This document shows, one piece after another, positions 57,593-64,000 of a DNA stretch of 64,000 nt (position 1 is the first letter of the stretch; every line of letters begins with the position of its first letter). The stretch lies in the NCBI RefSeq assembly GCF_009914755.1, contig NC_060929.1. One strand, written 5' to 3'. A program made the position numbers and the translations under genes. The stretch comes from the human T2T-CHM13v2.0 reference genome, Homo sapiens. The notes beneath the pieces were generated by a model. That model made no database searches, was not told the origin of the DNA, and was given only the letters and a program-made list of their open reading frames with translations.

Positions 57593-58249
57593 TAAGAATA
57601 TTCTTTAGCATTCCTATTTCCCAGATTTTCCCAGATTTCTGTCTGAACCCACCTCTGTGAACTCCAACCCTTTCTACACACATAAAAGTAAGGATTTTCA
57701 TTGCCTGCTGGGGAGAATTTGCTAATGTATCATGGTTTTGATTCATACTTCTTGCAGTAAATATATCCTTTGACTAACACCTAAGCCTTGGGTCAGACAC
57801 AAGAGAAAAAATGAAAAAGAAAGCATGGTTCTAGACCGCAACGTGGAGAGGTATGAGATCAGAAGCAAAGTGACAGTGAGAGCAAGGGCAAGTTGGAGGT
57901 GGTGTGGACAAACAGTGGATAGAAACCAGAGAATATTTAAACTGTAAGGGACTCTAGAAATTATCTAATTTAAAATTCTTATTTTACAGAGAAATAAAAT
58001 TCTCATTTTATAAAATTCTCATTTATATCACAGCCGAAGTCACACATTTAGTTATTGAAAGCTCCAGGACTAAACCTTATATACCTCCCTTGCAGAGGGT
58101 GAAATTCCCAAATACTTATGTTAGCCCATTGACAAGTTCTAATTGAAATGTGTACTATATAGTCCACAAATATTTAGTATGGAAAGTGTAGGAAAAGTAA
58201 TTTGAAAGCTAGTAAACTCGTAACAACAACAATAATAACAGCAGCAGTA

Positions 58250-58490
58250 GTAGCAGCAGCATTTTGTGTTTACACAATGTTTTCTTGTTTGAAAAATATT
58301 TTTCGGTACTTCCTGTCATGCAATCCTTACAAAACCATTGAGGTAGACAGGGCAGGATTCTTCCTCATATGTTACATATATAGGAGGAAATATACACCCA
58401 AGAAGATAACTTGTCCAAAGCCAGCGGCTACTGAATGGTAGATCTCAGCCTCAGATTCAGATTCCTGGACTCCAAGTTTATTGCTGTCAT
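58250..58490 (-). mobile_element. MIR fragment
   Basis: taacttgtccaaagcca...cagattcctggactccaag. Confidence 0.65.
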
Positions 58491-60489
58491 CATTGCCTCT
58501 TGCTGCCTGAAGAGGCTTTGTTAAATGTAAAACCTTACACAGCAATTCTCCAAAATCTCCGTGAACTTTCCCACATAGGTGGAGGCTCACCTTCCAAGTT
58601 TAAGAGTATATTATGTGGAACCCATATGTAGTGACCCTGATCTTTCCTAGGCTCAGCCCTTCCCTTTCTCAGTATCAGGAAGCCAAATCTCATGGAGCTG
58701 TGATTTTGTGCCAAGTTCATCAGGGAGCACTGGATTAAGATTCTCATGTTGACAGCAACTTTGTCTTGTGAAGGTGCACAAAGCCTGCCTTATGCATTCC
58801 CTTCACACCTGGGAAGACTGGAGTATATTTCTATTTGTAAACATATATGCCTCAATACATGTAACAAACAAACAGAAATGTAGTTTCTTTGAAAATAATC
58901 TACTGTTACCCTTCCATTTCAATCATATGGTGAGTTTTGAATGTATTTTTCTTTCCAGAGCCCATGAAAAGGTGTTTATTCTCCCCTTCTCTTTTAACCA
59001 GCTGGGTGCCAACATTTTCTTTCCTTCTCTTGATCTGACGTAAGTTCAGTTTTGGCTTCTGTCTGCTATTCCAGCTGGTAACCTGCAGGTAGTTGGATGA
59101 AAGAAGCTTTTTCTCAACTCAGGCAATGCACCAAGTCCCAGACACATACACACATATATACACACACACACACACAAACACTGTGGAGTACAATAGTTTG
59201 ACGTACAGGATGCTCTGCAGAAAGAGGTCAGTTCGCTTCTACCCACAGTCCTCTGTTGGCCAGCTCAAGGCATTAAAACTGGCTGCTATCAGTGCAAATC
59301 AGCATCCTGGAAAAGGAAGGTCTAGGTCAAGAGGAAGGAATATCCCATCCTGAGGAAGATAGATTAGATTTGTTTGGTATGATTGCTTGGGGACAGCTTC
59401 AAAATTTACAATGCTCTGCAACTCTTAATTTAGCCTGCTATCAGTTTAAGATTACTAACCTGTATTTAGAAGAAAGACACATTCATTATTGTTATTAAGC
59501 AATCTAATTTTAGAATTATTACTAGACTAAAACTCAGGAATATAATAATTTTGAGCTAGAAATGTGACTAATAAAGCTGCCCATGTTTCTACATTTGCAT
59601 ATTAAAGTCTGTAATTAAAAGTAAATAGTGAAACAGGAAAACTTCTTTTGGGTAATATGGTAAAGGATGAATTGCTTTTAGCAAATATTGTTTTGATGAA
59701 TGAGCTACTCAAATGGCAGATTGCCTTTTCAGATGTAATTATATTTCATTTAGATTAGAGACTGACTGTACAGCATGTTCTTTTTATTTAGGCTGGCTAG
59801 AGACCAGGGATCACCCCTAGTTATCACAAAGCATGTGCATGGCTGCTTTGGTACAGGTCAACTAGGGATCACCTCAGACTCTGCAAATGTAGAGTCGGAG
59901 ACAAATGAGATGTTGAAATTAGGTAGCCTCAGGTGACTTCAGTCTACACAAATCTGGTATATAATCATACAGTTTCTTAACATGGCAAATTCTATACCTC
60001 CCTGCTTCTTATATGCATACCTCTTTTTTTTTTTTTATTCGCTGTTGTTTTGTTTTCTTGCCTACTTGCTTTGGCTAATACTTCCAAAACAGTGTTAATT
60101 AAGGATCATGATTGTAGTAATTTGTGTCTTATTCTTGACTTTGATGAGGAAACTCCTGATTTGCTTTTACTCATTCTGATGGCTGAATGTTTTAAGTTTG
60201 TATACACTATTTCTGAAAGTAGCAGCACTTATTGGTAGTCCCTGAAGTGACTTTTTCAGCATTTTATGCCCTACATGGCTTAAGACCTCTGTGGTTCTCA
60301 GTCATTGTGGTCTTACCTTCACCAATGTCTAATTAGCTTCGTCTAAGACTCTAGGGCTAGTTTCTAACTTACGTCTGGAGGAACATTTGGGAGTCTGATG
60401 TGTGGATTTCTGCCTTATTTCCAAGCCTTACGTTGTACCAAGTTCTGGTAAGTTAATCTCTGTGCTATGGTGACTGTGAACAAGAGGAA

Positions 60490-60712
60490 TTAGGTTCAAA
60501 TCCTGTTTATTCTACTCACCAGCTATTTGACCTTGGCAAGTTATTTAATTTCTATGTGCTTCCACAAATTAGGATCATAGCAGTGCTTGTCTCATAAGGT
60601 TATTATGAGCTTTAAATTAAATTATGCATGTAAAAACCTTAGGAGAAAGCTTACCTGCTATCAGTTTAAGATTAGTAAGATACTCCCTAAAGGTTTGTGG
60701 TTATTACTACTA
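60490..60712 (+). mobile_element. MIR fragment
   Basis: ggttcaaatcctg...tgaccttggcaagttatttaatttct...tctcataaggttattatgag. Confidence 0.8.
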
Positions 60713-60784
60713 TTGGAAAATATAGTAGTAATATTTTTATCATCGTTACTAGGGCGCTGCCACCAGTTATTGGGCTCATTTTAG

Positions 60785-61135
<351 letters not shown>

Positions 61136-62163
61136 GAAGAGTGTTCTTAAATTATCTATTGCCTGACCTCAGGTATCAGTATTCTATCTGCTGGCTAAAA
61201 CTTTCTTTAAAGACTCAGTTCAGGGTTAAATTCTACTGACCAACTTCTACTTCACTTCTTGTGAGCCTATTCCCATCTAAAACATTTAACTAGAATATTC
61301 ATAGCTTTTTTTTGTACTTCTTTTTTTCTTTTACAGCACTAATGCACTTATATATTAGTGCTTTTCCAAAAGTGACACTGATTAGTGATAAGGGATATTG
61401 TCCCAGCTCTGCAAAATCACTGAAACAGAGTTCAAAAACATAAAATTATGTTAATCAATTTGTTCACTTAGCAAATATTCATTTAACTTAGATTCTAGGA
61501 TTAACACTGTGCCAAGGCATAAAATAAATATATAATAATGTAAGATTTGATCACTACCCTTGAAGAACTTATAGTTTAGTTGAATAAGACAATGACCGTG
61601 GTTGTCCAAGGCAAAGCTGTGGAAGTGAAGGTGTGGATGAACAGCTTAGTAGGGAAGTGAGATTTGAGTTGAATCATGCAACTTTTAAAGAGAGTACAAT
61701 GAGTTTTGAATGAATTTTTCGAGTCCATGAAAAAGCATTAGCTCCTTTCAATTAGTGAATGTCAACATTTTCTTCATCTTTCTCTTGAACTGAAGAAAGA
61801 GAAGGGCATTCCTGTTGGGGTACCAAGACTGGCAGTAGATTCCAATTTGGTGATATTAATTATAATTAATGCAATTAACTCAATTGATTTATTCAGCTAC
61901 CCTTGCTCTACTTTCATGATTTTCCCGTTTCTGCATATTACCTGCATTATTACTTACTTAATAATTTTCTTTAAATCCCTGTTTTGTGTTTAAGTAAACT
62001 TATTAATATTTTGTTATTATTATCTTAAGTAGAAACATAGTATATCTTGCTAGTAAAAAGAGATAACAACAAAGTATATACATGACTGTTTAATTTAAAT
62101 TCTAAAACGTTTATCTATAAACCATTTAGAATTGTCTCACATACCACTGGTGGGGAACCCTGA

Positions 62164-62532
<369 letters not shown>

Positions 62533-62569
62533 AGAAGTTTGTTTTTTAATACTGCTTGACATTTCCACA

Positions 62570-62778
62570 CTCCTCTAATTCTACTTACCTACCATCACTC
62601 TATCTTTTACTTTGTCTTATTTTCTTCATAGCATGTTTCATTTCCTAAAATCATATTATTTATTTATTTCCTTTGCTTATCTGTTTTTTATGACTAGAAT
62701 ATAGATTCCATGTGGGCAAGGATTTTGTCTTGATTACCTCCATTCCCCAGGGCCTGACATATATTAGGCACTCAATTT
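62570..62778 (+). mobile_element. L2 3' end
   Basis: actagaatatagattccatgtgggcaagga...cctgacatatattaggcactcaat. Confidence 0.75.
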
Positions 62779-62856
62779 CAGGAGTTCCATGGCAATATGG
62801 TGAGAAACTGCTGTGATGCAAAAATCTGGGTTGGACCAAATAACTCTGTTTGCTAA

Positions 62857-63318
<462 letters not shown>

Positions 63319-63722
63319 TACTTCTTCTTTTAGAAGCCAACGACTCTCCCCAAATTTTTTCTATTTAGACTTACTTCATAAGGTACTCACTGGATTCTTC
63401 TGTTCAGTAGCCATAGCATTTGTCCAAGAAGGGTGGCTATAACAATTAAATCATCCTGGATGCTGTGCTCTAATATTTAAAAGATAAACAATGGGACAAT
63501 GGCACATACATTTGTCCGTCTGTACCAAGAGTAGGCTGAGGTAAAAGCTAAGATATAACTCTCAATATTAGTTCTTAAATACTGTTTGTAGTTTTCATTG
63601 TTAAGGCAATGGATGTATAATCATTAGGAATGTCCTCTCAATTTTTGCACTTTCCTTAGGCAAATAGGTTAAGAATTTGAATAAATTTATTTTTATCATT
63701 GGTTTTCAAATGTTTTATATGA

Positions 63723-64000
<278 letters not shown>

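Overview
Primate (most likely human) non-coding genomic DNA, intergenic or intronic, dominated by interspersed repeats. It holds about 25 Alus (J/S/Y-like), many MIR/L2/L3 relics, old L1M pieces, two 5'-truncated L1PA copies, several DNA-transposon relics (MER45A, MER3, Tigger4a, MER102-like, ORSL-like) and about 14 LTR elements. These include a two-LTR THE1 element with a perfect TSD, a solo HERV-H LTR7B-type LTR and a solo HERV-E LTR2. I see no convincing protein-coding gene, RNA gene or CRISPR array: the ORF track is explained by repeats or chance. I found no convincing novel biological system. The most interesting signals are: (i) three apparent short locally templated insertions (~35.0, ~52.8, ~60.7 kb), one of which copies an LTR/Alu junction; (ii) a perfect 60-bp palindrome replacing an L1 3' end; (iii) deeply nested transposon stacks; (iv) an NF-kB/CEBP/IRF/TATA-like motif cluster at ~34.2-34.5 kb; (v) a few well-formed + strand candidate exons that could belong to a lncRNA. 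Repeat family and subfamily names were assigned by eye from remembered consensus sequences and need RepeatMasker/Dfam confirmation. Boundaries of old repeats are approximate.
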